From NCBI GenBank assembly GCA_963662655.2, contig CAXXTU010000002.1:1856001-1920000 (forward strand): a DNA stretch of 64,000 bases, written 5' to 3'. The position numbers were made by a program, and so were the translations under genes. The DNA is from Candidatus Cloacimonadales bacterium. GTDB taxonomy: Bacteria; Cloacimonadota; Cloacimonadia; Cloacimonadales; JAIOQZ01. Below the pieces are notes generated by a model. That model was not told where the DNA came from. It did not search any database and was given only the letters and a program-made list of their open reading frames with translations. Positions 50,010 through 60,176 of the stretch are shown here, in pieces. Numbering within the stretch: the first letter of the stretch is position 1; every line of letters starts with the position of its first letter.

Positions 50010-53000
50010 ATGCATTTTAAAGGGACATTGATTTTACTGACGTTGATGATTGTAGGCGGTTCGTTGTTCGCGGTCATCACGGATTTCGACTGCACGAACA
50101 GCGACAACTTCAGCACAGAACTTACTTTCACCACACCAGCCTACGAACTCAAAGAAGTCGACGGCATGCAAAAGATAACCCTTCCCCAGCCTTATCCCGA
50201 GGAATGGGCAGGTGTCGCCGGGATGCCAGAGCTCCCGGTGTTTTCCACGCTGGTCTCGATTCCAGCGGGAGTTCGCGTAACGTTGAACTACGATGTGATC
50301 GATGAAGACGTCGTCGACGACGTTACACTGGTTCCGTATCGGAATCTCGACGATATCAAGAATGACATTCTCGGTTATTCGATCGATCCGCAGGCCTACT
50401 ACAGCACGGAGCGCGGTGGCACATCGAGCGCGGAGCTTGGCGAAGCCGGCATCATGAGAGACAAGGTTCTTCAGCGCGTTATCGTGCATCCGTTCCGCTA
50501 CGACTCGAACGAACAGCGGCTTTTCGCCGCCCGTGAAATCAGGCTGAGTCTTTCCTATCAATTCGACTCGCGCGGCTTGACCCCGAAGAGACAGCACGCT
50601 CCTTCGCTCCTCTTCGATAGCCTCACCAACGAGATGACGGCCAATCCCACAACCCAGTCGACAAGGGAAGCCGTTCTTCCCGGGTGCTACCTGTTCATTT
50701 ACGACGGGACCGCGGAAGTACTTTCGACCCTTCAGCCGCTACTCATGTGGAAACACGCGAAGGGACATGAAATTCAACTCCTCGACACGTCGACCATCGG
50801 TAACAACTCGAGCCAGATACGGGCTTACATACAAGAAGCATGGGAAACATGGGAGAATCCGCCGGAATTTGTCTGCATCGTCGGTGACGGCAACATGAAT
50901 TTCACCATCCCCACTTTCTGGGATGAGTTTAGCGGACATTCAGTTCATGGCGATCATCCCTATACGCAGCTCGACGGCAACGACCTATTCCCCGAGGTGC
51001 TGATTGGACGCCTTACGTTCAACAACGTCACGGAGCTCCAGACGATTGTCGGCAAGATACTTCGCTACGAATACAATCCGCCCACCGACGACAACTGGTT
51101 CGAGCGTCCGCTCCTCGTCGCGGATCATTATTCATCGGGAATTTCTACCGTTTCCACGATGATCCATGTTGCCGATCTGATGCAGGAGTACAATCCTTCC
51201 TACGAACTCACGTTTGTCGATCAAGCGCCGTTTACGATCTATATCTCGAACGCTCTCAACGCTGGCAAGGGCGCTTATTTTTATCGGGGATTCGGAAATT
51301 TCAGCGACTGGCTGACCGAAGATACGTTCAACCTGTTCAACTACAATAAAAACCCATTCATGTCGGCTATCACATGTTACACAGGTACATTCGCCCAGGG
51401 AAGCATGAGCTCCATCGAGGCGTTCCTGCGAGCGGGTACACCATCGACTGGTATCGGCGCTTCATCCGTCATCGGTTCATCCAGCCCAACGCATACCTGT
51501 TTCAACAATCTCATTACAGGCACCATCGCCTACGGAATCTACCACGAAGGAATTACCAACTTCAGCGCAGCGCTCGCTCTGGGAAAACTCGCCCTCTACG
51601 AGTGCTACCCGACAAACCCGAACGAGTATGTGGACTGGTACACGATTGGCAAAAACCTCCTCGGCGATCCCGGCATGACCTTGTGGACACGCCAACCGGA
51701 GTCGTTCACCCTCGATCATGCTGCAAGCATCGGAATTGGCGAAGCTTCATATCAGGTGATCGTTTCGGATAGCGACGGCAATCCCGTCGAGGGAGCTGTC
51801 GTCACACTGATCCAAAACGACGGGGAAATCGACGCGGTCGCTTGCAGCAACGAAAGCGGTATCGCGACCCTATATTTCGAACCCGCCGATGAAGGCGATT
51901 GCATGCTCACGGTCACGAACCACAATTTCTTCGCTGAACGGACGACCATACCTGTCGGAGACACAACGGTCATCGACTACACCGATGTGGATTTCACCGC
52001 TCCGGCAGTAACCGGAGGAACCGCGTCCTTCAATGTAACGCTGCATAACTACAGCGCCGACGCGCTCAATGACGTTTCGGCCACATTGGCTGTGCAGGAT
52101 GAAGAGCTCGGTCTGGTTACGGACGAGATTCAGTATGGCAACATCGCTTCCGGAAGCGAGGCCAGCGGCGCAGGAGCTTTCCAGATAGAAATATCTCCTC
52201 TTTGCGAGGACGGTTCCGTCTTCGACCTGACGATGAGCATTTCGTCGGGCACAAACACGTGGGAAACGCACATCCCCTTGACAATTTCGGGGCCTAAGCT
52301 AGCGATCGGGGAAGTAACAACAGATCCTGCCGTCGTCATACCGGGGAACACGATCGATATGACACTGGCGTTAAGAAATGAAGGGCATGAAACCTTCGAG
52401 GCTGCTCATTGCGAGATCAATTCCGTTTCCCAGCTCGTTACGATAACTTCGTACGCTGCCGATTTCGGCGACATCGCTGCGGATTCTCAAGCGGAAAACA
52501 CGGCAAATCCCTACCAGATAACGATCAGCGAAGAAGCGATCACAGGATCGGTTATTCCCTTCACCGTGATCGTCAGCAACGAGGGCGGGATAACACAGGA
52601 ACTGGATTTCGATCTTCATGTGGGAGAAGCCACGATGACGGATCCTACCGGACCCGACAACTACGGCTACTATTGCTACGATGACGGGGACACCGCCTAC
52701 GACGATTGCCCCACGTACAACTGGATCGAAATCGACCCGAACTATGGAGGAGCCGGAACGTCTCTCAACATGACCGATAACGACACCAACGGATCCGGCG
52801 ACATGGTTACAATCGATCTTCCGTTCGCCTTCCGTTTCTACGAGATCAATTACTCACAGATAAGCGTATCATCCAACGGGTACATCGTAATGGGGCCTTA
52901 CTACACCTTCGAATGGATGAACTGGCCGCTTCCGGGAACATTTGTTCCAAGCCCGATCATCGCACCGTTCTGGGACGACCTTCTCATTACCGAAGGAAAT

Positions 53001-55349
53001 GTGTATGTGTGGTACGACGAGGCGCAGCACGCCATGGTGGTCCAGTGGTCGAGACTACTGAATCGCTTCAACAACTCCCCGGAGACCTTCCAGGCGATCC
53101 TTTACGATCCGGAGTACAACAGTACGCTCCTCGGCGATAGCAAAATCAAGTTCCAGTACTTGGAAATCAACAACGTCGACCAGGGCAACTACTATGACGC
53201 CGAAATCGATCACGGCGAATACGCGACGGTGGGTATCGCGGATCACACAACCTATACGGCGCTCGAATACACCTATTCAAACCTGTATCCGGCCTCGGCC
53301 AAACCTTTGGAAGATGAAATGGCGCTGTTGTTCACTGGCCCTAACGTCCCGGTTCCATACCCGCATCCGTACGTATCGGACCTTCAGATTACCGATGTAA
53401 ACGGCAACAGCAACGGCTTGATCGATTATGGTGAAACTGTTGAAATCTGCCTCGTTCTCTCCAACCTCGGCCTCCAGATCGCCACGGATGTTACCGCGGA
53501 AATCCTGTCCAACGATCCTTACGTAACCATCCAGCAGGCTATCATCAGCTTCCCGGATATTCCCAATGGGGAATCGAGCCCGGGCAACCAGCCTTTTATC
53601 ATTGATATCGCGGACAACTGCCCGAACAACCATACGGTCAATCTGACGCTTATGATCCACTATTCAGGCATCAACAAAGAACTTCAGATACCCTTCCAGG
53701 TTTACAGTCCCGAACTCACAATCGTCGATTTCAGCGCAACGGACGACAATGACGACCAGCTTGAATCGGGAGAGACCGGTACATTTACTTTCACCCTGGA
53801 GCGGAGCCCAGAGCACGTTATTCATGACGCGACAATCACACTGGTTAGCGACGCGGAAGGTCTTGTCATCACTCCCGGAAGTGTCTTTATCGAGGAAATG
53901 ACTGAGGACCGGATCGATATCGAGTTCCAGGTCACGGTTCAGGATACTTGTCTGGACGGCGAAAACGCCGATTTCAATCTGAACATGCAATTCAACGACG
54001 ATTTCAATGTCGACAACCCGGTTAGCTACGTGTTCGGGCATCCGGAGCTGGTTTTCAGCACGTCCTTCGACGAAGGGATCAACTACGATGAATGGTTGAA
54101 TCTTCAGGGAAGCTATTCAGATACAGATTATGCCGGAGGCGAATCCGGAGAACTTCTGATGACATCTCTATACTATGATGCAGTAGTTTGCGCTCCGAGG
54201 ATGTTCTCTTCGCAGGACCTTCAAAAGCTGATCGTCAAATTCCGCTACCGGAACATGGACTACAATGCGCAGTACGGCGTTCTTGTTCAGCAGAACTCGT
54301 CGCCTTACACTTCCATATTCCTCTGGCAGGACATCAACATCATGGATGAACCAGGAACGATGAGAATCGATTACGTACCGGATGTCCAGTTTACCGGCGA
54401 TATCATTCTCGTATTCTTCATATATCCCACACCGTATGGCTCCGATCAAGTTCTCGCGCTGGACGATATCGAGATTTACGCAATCCGGCACAATCCGGGC
54501 GTCATCGAGGGAACCGTTACTCTCAATGGGGGACCGGGGAATGTTGAGGACGTAACGTTGAGAATCGGCTCCGATGAATATCAGGTTGATTCGAACGGAA
54601 ATTTCTCGGTGTCGATTCCAGAAGGGTACTATACGGTACGGGGCGAACATGATGGATACATTACGTATTACGAGCAAAATATACAGGTTGTTCACAACCA
54701 GGTCACGCATCTGGATATCGAGCTGGACTATCTGAGTGCGCCTTTCAACCTGGCGTACGAAGTTGATGACGAACAAATCCATCTGACGTGGGATTATACC
54801 GATAACCCGACTCGCGCGACAAATGCCACCAAGGAAGGCGGAACACGGGATCGCGATCTGGATTACTTCGACGTGGTGCTGGTCTATCAGAACACCTTTG
54901 TGATCCACGCCAACACAACCGAGATGGAGTACTCGCGTGATCTCATCGCCCCCGGGCACTACGAGTTCTACGTTCAGGCACGCCACGTTGGCGGATACAT
55001 GAGCGACGAATCGAATCATGTCGAATTCAACTATGTCGGCATCGACGATCAGGTTGCAGATGTACCGGTTTCATTCGAGCTCTATCAGAATCACCCCAAT
55101 CCGTTCAATCCGACCACCAGCATTCAGTTCGACTTGCCCAAGGCTACCTCGAAATGCTTGCTGGCGATCTACAATGTCCGTGGAGAAAAGGTGAAAACGC
55201 TCGTCGACGAACCCAGGGCAGCCGGAAGATACACCGAGACCTGGGATGGGCGTAACCGGTATGGTGAATCCGTCTCCTCCGGCGTTTATTTCATCCGCAT
55301 CGAGACGGATACGAACAAATCCATCCGCAAAGCAGTCATGCTAAAATAG
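50010..55349 (+). CDS. Large secreted C25 (gingipain-like) peptidase with propeptide, Ig-like repeats and FlgD/T9SS-like C-terminal domain
   Basis: Signal peptide; G.PELP propeptide; FVCIVGD, PEVLIGRL, NLLGDP; IIAPFWDDL; QNHPNPFNP...SSGVYF tail. Confidence 0.9.
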   Translation: MHFKGTLILLTLMIVGGSLFAVITDFDCTNSDNFSTELTFTTPAYELKEVDGMQKITLPQPYPEEWAGVAGMPELPVFSTLVSIPAGVRVTLNYDVIDEDVVDDVTLVPYRNLDDIKNDILGYSIDPQAYYSTERGGTSSAELGEAGIMRDKVLQRVIVHPFRYDSNEQRLFAAREIRLSLSYQFDSRGLTPKRQHAPSLLFDSLTNEMTANPTTQSTREAVLPGCYLFIYDGTAEVLSTLQPLLMWKHAKGHEIQLLDTSTIGNNSSQIRAYIQEAWETWENPPEFVCIVGDGNMNFTIPTFWDEFSGHSVHGDHPYTQLDGNDLFPEVLIGRLTFNNVTELQTIVGKILRYEYNPPTDDNWFERPLLVADHYSSGISTVSTMIHVADLMQEYNPSYELTFVDQAPFTIYISNALNAGKGAYFYRGFGNFSDWLTEDTFNLFNYNKNPFMSAITCYTGTFAQGSMSSIEAFLRAGTPSTGIGASSVIGSSSPTHTCFNNLITGTIAYGIYHEGITNFSAALALGKLALYECYPTNPNEYVDWYTIGKNLLGDPGMTLWTRQPESFTLDHAASIGIGEASYQVIVSDSDGNPVEGAVVTLIQNDGEIDAVACSNESGIATLYFEPADEGDCMLTVTNHNFFAERTTIPVGDTTVIDYTDVDFTAPAVTGGTASFNVTLHNYSADALNDVSATLAVQDEELGLVTDEIQYGNIASGSEASGAGAFQIEISPLCEDGSVFDLTMSISSGTNTWETHIPLTISGPKLAIGEVTTDPAVVIPGNTIDMTLALRNEGHETFEAAHCEINSVSQLVTITSYAADFGDIAADSQAENTANPYQITISEEAITGSVIPFTVIVSNEGGITQELDFDLHVGEATMTDPTGPDNYGYYCYDDGDTAYDDCPTYNWIEIDPNYGGAGTSLNMTDNDTNGSGDMVTIDLPFAFRFYEINYSQISVSSNGYIVMGPYYTFEWMNWPLPGTFVPSPIIAPFWDDLLITEGNVYVWYDEAQHAMVVQWSRLLNRFNNSPETFQAILYDPEYNSTLLGDSKIKFQYLEINNVDQGNYYDAEIDHGEYATVGIADHTTYTALEYTYSNLYPASAKPLEDEMALLFTGPNVPVPYPHPYVSDLQITDVNGNSNGLIDYGETVEICLVLSNLGLQIATDVTAEILSNDPYVTIQQAIISFPDIPNGESSPGNQPFIIDIADNCPNNHTVNLTLMIHYSGINKELQIPFQVYSPELTIVDFSATDDNDDQLESGETGTFTFTLERSPEHVIHDATITLVSDAEGLVITPGSVFIEEMTEDRIDIEFQVTVQDTCLDGENADFNLNMQFNDDFNVDNPVSYVFGHPELVFSTSFDEGINYDEWLNLQGSYSDTDYAGGESGELLMTSLYYDAVVCAPRMFSSQDLQKLIVKFRYRNMDYNAQYGVLVQQNSSPYTSIFLWQDINIMDEPGTMRIDYVPDVQFTGDIILVFFIYPTPYGSDQVLALDDIEIYAIRHNPGVIEGTVTLNGGPGNVEDVTLRIGSDEYQVDSNGNFSVSIPEGYYTVRGEHDGYITYYEQNIQVVHNQVTHLDIELDYLSAPFNLAYEVDDEQIHLTWDYTDNPTRATNATKEGGTRDRDLDYFDVVLVYQNTFVIHANTTEMEYSRDLIAPGHYEFYVQARHVGGYMSDESNHVEFNYVGIDDQVADVPVSFELYQNHPNPFNPTTSIQFDLPKATSKCLLAIYNVRGEKVKTLVDEPRAAGRYTETWDGRNRYGESVSSGVYFIRIETDTNKSIRKAVMLK

Positions 55350-55693
55350 AGAACACGATACGAGTATACGATACGGAATTTCCATATCGTATACTCTTAT
55401 CTCTTCTCGCCTGCCCGGAAAAAGTAGAATTGCAACGAACCACAATCCTGGTCTCCGTATGTATGTTGTTCCATTCGTTGAAAATATGTTTCTTAAATAC
55501 TGGCCTCGAGGAATGATTATTGCTTCGTAAAGTATTGCAGTATGAAGCAGAAATGGAACAGGGCAACGGGTTTTGTTGAACGAGTTATCAATTTTCATTG
55601 AAAATCCTTTGACAAAATGGTTTTGCCTTTGTTTAAGTGGCAGTAGATGAGAAAGAGTATCATTAGTATGCTTACAATCAAAGAGGAGGAATT

Positions 55694-58528
55694 ATGAAAA
55701 GAACGTACGTTGTTATGTTCGCACTGCTTTTTGCAAGTTTCCTTTTCGCTGGCGCAAACCCGGTGAAAGGTAACGTCGTAGTTCACGCACCGAGCATGGA
55801 TCGCGACGATGTAATTTATTGGCAGGAAGGTTTTGAAGACGGCCTCAACGGCTGGACTTCCGCAGACGACACAGCTCCGGCAGACTGGGCTGAGTGGTGG
55901 CACCTTTCAACGGAAGGCGCCTATGACGGTAACTCATGGTGGATGGGTGACGAAGCGATCGGTGGTTACACAAACCATCGTTACCTCGTACTCGATACAC
56001 CGATGATCGAACTTCCAACCGGAACTCCGGAACTTACCTTCATGATGCACTACCTGATGGAAAGCACCGGCGGTGTTGACGATTATGATGCATGGGACGG
56101 ATTCAACGTTCGCGTTTCAACCGACGGTACCACCTGGACCGTTATTGATGGCGACCCGTCTTATGACGCCGAAAGCTTCTACAGCTTCGGTTTTGAGTTC
56201 AATGAAGGCGTAAATATCCCCGGCTACGGCGGAACCAACGACGGCTGGGAAGAATATGCATTCGACCTTTCCGACTATGCTGGCCAGGAAATCATGATTC
56301 GTTTCGCATTCGCATCCGATCCGGCTGCATGTACGGATGATGGCGATGGCGACGAAGACTGGTTTGGCGTACGCATCGACGACATCAACGTTGCTGGCGT
56401 ATTCGAATCCGATGGCGACGGAGCTACCGGTGACGAACAAATGGTTCCTGGTTACGGCGGAGTCGCTTCCGGCGACTTCTGGGCAATCAGTGACGTAAAT
56501 GCAAACAGTGGCGACTATTCAATCCACTGTCCTGTTGAACCGAACCTTCTGGACGAACTGTACTCACCGGTTGTTAACGTTCCAGACCTTCCTGAAGTAT
56601 ACTTCGGTTACTATGTATTCTGTGACATGATCGACTCGAACGGCGATGGCGACCCTGATGGAAGTCTTGAAGACTACTATCTCGTTTACATCAAGGGAGA
56701 AGAAGAAGATTCATGGACGCGTCTGCATTACCTTTTCAATGACGCAACTTCTGGCGGACTTCCTTCAGACTGGACATACGTAAACCAGGCATGGGCTCTC
56801 GAGAACCTTTCCTGGCAGACCGACGCTTCTTGCGACATTACAGACTGGGCAGGCATGAGCGTTCAGTTCAGATTCGAGATTAAAACCGACGACAACGATG
56901 ACGGTGGCGTTGGTGATGGGATGTACATCGATGACGTAATGATTTACGCACCGGTATTCCTTCCTTCCCCAACCAACCTGACCGCTGAAGCAACCGTGGA
57001 AAATCAAATCCAGCTCGAATGGGAAAACCCGATGGCTTCCGGCGAACCCGGATGGCTTCACTGGGACAATGGAACAAATGATGATGGTATCGGTATCAAT
57101 GCAGCCGGTATCCTCGATGCAGCTGCTCGCTTCACAGCAAGCGATCTGCTTCCTTACACCGGTTTCCATGTAACCAGCATCAAAATCTACCCAAGAGAAG
57201 CGAATTGCGATTACACCCTTTACATCTGGGATACGGGCGCAACTGTCCTTTACTCACAGGATATCACTCCTACCGTCAATGAATGGAATGAGATTTCACT
57301 CGATACCCCATACGAAATTCAGCTTGGCGACGAGCTTTGGATCGGTTACCGTGCAGATACCCAACAGGGTCATCCACTCGGTTGCGATGCAGGTCCTGCG
57401 GTTAGAGGGACCTCTTACATCCGCATGAACAACGGTGGATGGACCGAACTTTACGAAGCTGGCGAGAATCCTCTCGACTACAACTGGAACATCCAGGCTT
57501 ACGTAGATACTCCGGTTGACTTCGTTTACAACCCGGTACCTCTTACCACAAGAGACATCACCGGTTACAAGATTTTCCGTTCGAGCGAATCAGGAAACTA
57601 CAACATGGAAACCCCGATTGTAGAGATCACCGATTCAGAAACAACGGAATATCTCGATGAAAATCCTGTCGCGAACAGCACAAACTACTACATCGTAGTT
57701 GCGACATACGACGATGGCGATTCTCAGCCTTCCAACGAAGCAAGCGCTTACGTTCTCAGCCAAACGGCAGAGGAAATGGCGTACGACGATGGCGAAGCGG
57801 ATGACGACTTCATGCCATCACCTGGCCAGCTCATGGCTGTCAAATTCACCCCGTACGTTCATCCGGATGTTGATAACATCGACATCTTACAAATGAAAAT
57901 CTGGGTTGAAGACATTGGAACCATGAACTCTGTTGTAAAAGTTTGGGACGACGACGGTACAGACGGCGCACCAGGAACAGAGCTTGATGCATTCGTTCTC
58001 GCTACCGGCGACATGCTTGAAGGCTGGAACATTGTTGACCTCACCAATATCATTCCAATCGAGTCTGGCTCATTCTACCTCGGCTTCATGGGTTCACCGA
58101 ACTCATCGGCTTACGGCGTCGATACCGGCGTAAACGGTTATAGCTTCACCGGCACAACCGCCGGCGAATGGACAGGATGGGCAGATGGCCAGTTCATGAT
58201 CCGCGCGATCATCGACACGCACACCGGCGTTAGCGAAGAACTCGCACCAGCGCCAGTCCTCAGTGCAAAGAACTACCCGAACCCATTCAACCCGACGACC
58301 ACCATTTCTTACAACGTGCCGAAAGACGGCAAAGTGACCGTGAAGGTGTTCAACACCAAGGGTCAGCTTGTTAAGACACTGGTAAACGAAGTTGTTGCAG
58401 CCGGATCGAAAACCGTTGTTTGGACTGGCGACAACAATGAAGGCAAGAAGGTTTCGAGTGGCGTTTACATGTACAAAGTGGAAACCGAAAACGAAAGCGT
58501 TCTCCACAAAATGCTGCTTCTGAAATAA
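55694..58528 (+). CDS. Secreted acidic multi-domain protein (immune-inhibitor-A/MAM-like jelly-rolls, FN3) with FlgD/T9SS-like tail
   Basis: Signal peptide; FDLSDYAGQEIMIRFAFASD..IDDI pattern twice; PTNLTA; NYPNPFNP...SSGVYMY. Confidence 0.85.
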   Translation: MKRTYVVMFALLFASFLFAGANPVKGNVVVHAPSMDRDDVIYWQEGFEDGLNGWTSADDTAPADWAEWWHLSTEGAYDGNSWWMGDEAIGGYTNHRYLVLDTPMIELPTGTPELTFMMHYLMESTGGVDDYDAWDGFNVRVSTDGTTWTVIDGDPSYDAESFYSFGFEFNEGVNIPGYGGTNDGWEEYAFDLSDYAGQEIMIRFAFASDPAACTDDGDGDEDWFGVRIDDINVAGVFESDGDGATGDEQMVPGYGGVASGDFWAISDVNANSGDYSIHCPVEPNLLDELYSPVVNVPDLPEVYFGYYVFCDMIDSNGDGDPDGSLEDYYLVYIKGEEEDSWTRLHYLFNDATSGGLPSDWTYVNQAWALENLSWQTDASCDITDWAGMSVQFRFEIKTDDNDDGGVGDGMYIDDVMIYAPVFLPSPTNLTAEATVENQIQLEWENPMASGEPGWLHWDNGTNDDGIGINAAGILDAAARFTASDLLPYTGFHVTSIKIYPREANCDYTLYIWDTGATVLYSQDITPTVNEWNEISLDTPYEIQLGDELWIGYRADTQQGHPLGCDAGPAVRGTSYIRMNNGGWTELYEAGENPLDYNWNIQAYVDTPVDFVYNPVPLTTRDITGYKIFRSSESGNYNMETPIVEITDSETTEYLDENPVANSTNYYIVVATYDDGDSQPSNEASAYVLSQTAEEMAYDDGEADDDFMPSPGQLMAVKFTPYVHPDVDNIDILQMKIWVEDIGTMNSVVKVWDDDGTDGAPGTELDAFVLATGDMLEGWNIVDLTNIIPIESGSFYLGFMGSPNSSAYGVDTGVNGYSFTGTTAGEWTGWADGQFMIRAIIDTHTGVSEELAPAPVLSAKNYPNPFNPTTTISYNVPKDGKVTVKVFNTKGQLVKTLVNEVVAAGSKTVVWTGDNNEGKKVSSGVYMYKVETENESVLHKMLLLK

Positions 58529-58559
58529 TCTGAACTGCCCGATCAGGGCTCAAAGATAT

Positions 58560-58594
58560 CGGGAGAGTTCCAATGAACTCTCCCGCTTTTTTTT
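58560..58594 (+). terminator. Intrinsic terminator
   Basis: CGGGAGAGTTC/GAACTCTCCCG 11-bp stem plus T8. Confidence 0.88.
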
Positions 58595-58624
58595 GCAAGC
58601 ATCTCAAAGTTTTCTGCCGACTCA

Positions 58625-58734
58625 GCGGCGGGGCGGCGCGTGCGCTTCGCGCACTAACAGCGCTTTGAAAAGTTCCTGTCGAAACTTTTCAAAGCGCTGG
58701 CGAAGCCTTTCAGGCTTCAGCGCCGCCCCGCCGC
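58625..58734. repeat. Four-way-junction (cloverleaf) palindromic element
   Basis: Perfect stems of 15, 6, 17 and 7 bp. Confidence 0.85.
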
Positions 58735-58779
58735 GGGACTCTGCGCTCGATCAAGTTGATGAAAAGAAAGGGAGATGGT

Positions 58780-60156
58780 TTAGTACATTTCGGAGAATTG
58801 CGTGATAAAGGCCTTGAGCTGGTTGTGAATATCGCTATCAATTCGTGCAGCAAGCATTTGCAGATAGACAAGCGGCCGGAGCATGTACAGCGTGGTTTCC
58901 TTTTCCGGCAGCGAAGACTCTTTCATTGCGTTGAAGAGCTTGAGCTCCCTGCGAAGCTCGCGGTGGATTTTCTTGAGAAAATCCTTCGGGAAAGCGTACG
59001 GTTGTTCCTGAATCTTCATCAGGGGAATCTGCAAGAAATAGTTCGCGGCGAAAATCCGGTACATCCAAGCGATGTACGCATCCTCGTTGATGAGGATCGT
59101 TTCTTCGGGAACAAGATACTGCCCGACCACATCGTGCGCCGTTTTATACATCGAGTGCCCCTTCAGAACCTGCTGCACCACCTTTTCCGCACCAACGGAT
59201 TTATGACAGGAGAGTCCGTATTGGCATCGCTCCTCGTCCGGGCATGGGTAGCATGGGAAGGCGCTACTCACGGGGAAAATGGTGTAGCATTGGTCCGAGT
59301 AGCCCAAGGTCTCCCAAGGGTAAGCCGGCCCGAAGAACAGCCCGATGAACGGTACTCGCTGGTGCGCAGCAACGTGCATCGTGCCCGTATCACCGGTAAC
59401 GAGCATATCGCTTTTGTCCAGCGTTTCAAACAGCCCCTCGATGGAAGTTCGCCCGGCAAGATTCTCCACTTGCTGCCCATGCGAAATCCGCTTAATGATG
59501 GCATCGATCGCCGGGCGTTCCGAAGACGCACCCACGAAGGTTATCTTGCAATCCTCTTCGATCAGGCGATTCGCCAGCGCGACAAAGTCATCGGAGTCCC
59601 ACTGTCGCTTGCGATTCCGGGAAGCGATCTGGAACACAATGCGCGGAGTCTTAGCGGTTTCGCGCCAGGGACGATCCTTGAAGGAGGGCTCCTCGGGAAC
59701 GCGGTCGATGATATAGCGATAGATATCCACCAGGTTCAGCGTGGAAAGGCGGCGCGACCGGATGAAACTCATCCCGTAATAGAGCCATTCCAGGCTGCCC
59801 CGATCCTTGCTGGCAAAACCGATCTTGTTCTCGCACTCCAAATTCGAGACGATGTCGTGCGCGATCTCATGGCTGTTCATGTTCACGATCATGTCGTAAT
59901 TGCGTAAACCGCTAATGAGCGTACGTGCAGCCAGGTTGTCCGACAGCTTCATCTTCCCCTGTACCTGCGCGGCAACAGAGGTAAGATTTACCGGTATCAG
60001 CCGGTCTAGATAGAGCATCTCGGCCACTTCCGTGAACAGCGAATTGCACAGCAAGTGGATTTCAGCGCCAGGATGAGCCCCCTTTATGCGGCGCAAGAGC
60101 TCAGCCGACTGTAGAATGTCGCCCATCTTTCCCAGTTGAATCGCAAGAATTCTCAT
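58780..60156 (-). CDS. Glycosyltransferase family 9 (heptosyltransferase-like)
   Basis: LGKMGD, KRQW, LAGRTS, GDTGTMHVAA, FFGP. Confidence 0.9.
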   Translation of the reverse strand: MRILAIQLGKMGDILQSAELLRRIKGAHPGAEIHLLCNSLFTEVAEMLYLDRLIPVNLTSVAAQVQGKMKLSDNLAARTLISGLRNYDMIVNMNSHEIAHDIVSNLECENKIGFASKDRGSLEWLYYGMSFIRSRRLSTLNLVDIYRYIIDRVPEEPSFKDRPWRETAKTPRIVFQIASRNRKRQWDSDDFVALANRLIEEDCKITFVGASSERPAIDAIIKRISHGQQVENLAGRTSIEGLFETLDKSDMLVTGDTGTMHVAAHQRVPFIGLFFGPAYPWETLGYSDQCYTIFPVSSAFPCYPCPDEERCQYGLSCHKSVGAEKVVQQVLKGHSMYKTAHDVVGQYLVPEETILINEDAYIAWMYRIFAANYFLQIPLMKIQEQPYAFPKDFLKKIHRELRRELKLFNAMKESSLPEKETTLYMLRPLVYLQMLAARIDSDIHNQLKAFITQFSEMY

Positions 60157-60176
60157 AAACTATTTCCCTGTTGTGA

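Noticed and set aside
58625..58734. Cloverleaf as a tRNA
   Set aside because: Stem lengths 15/6/17/7, triloops, and no T-loop, D-loop or anticodon-loop consensus
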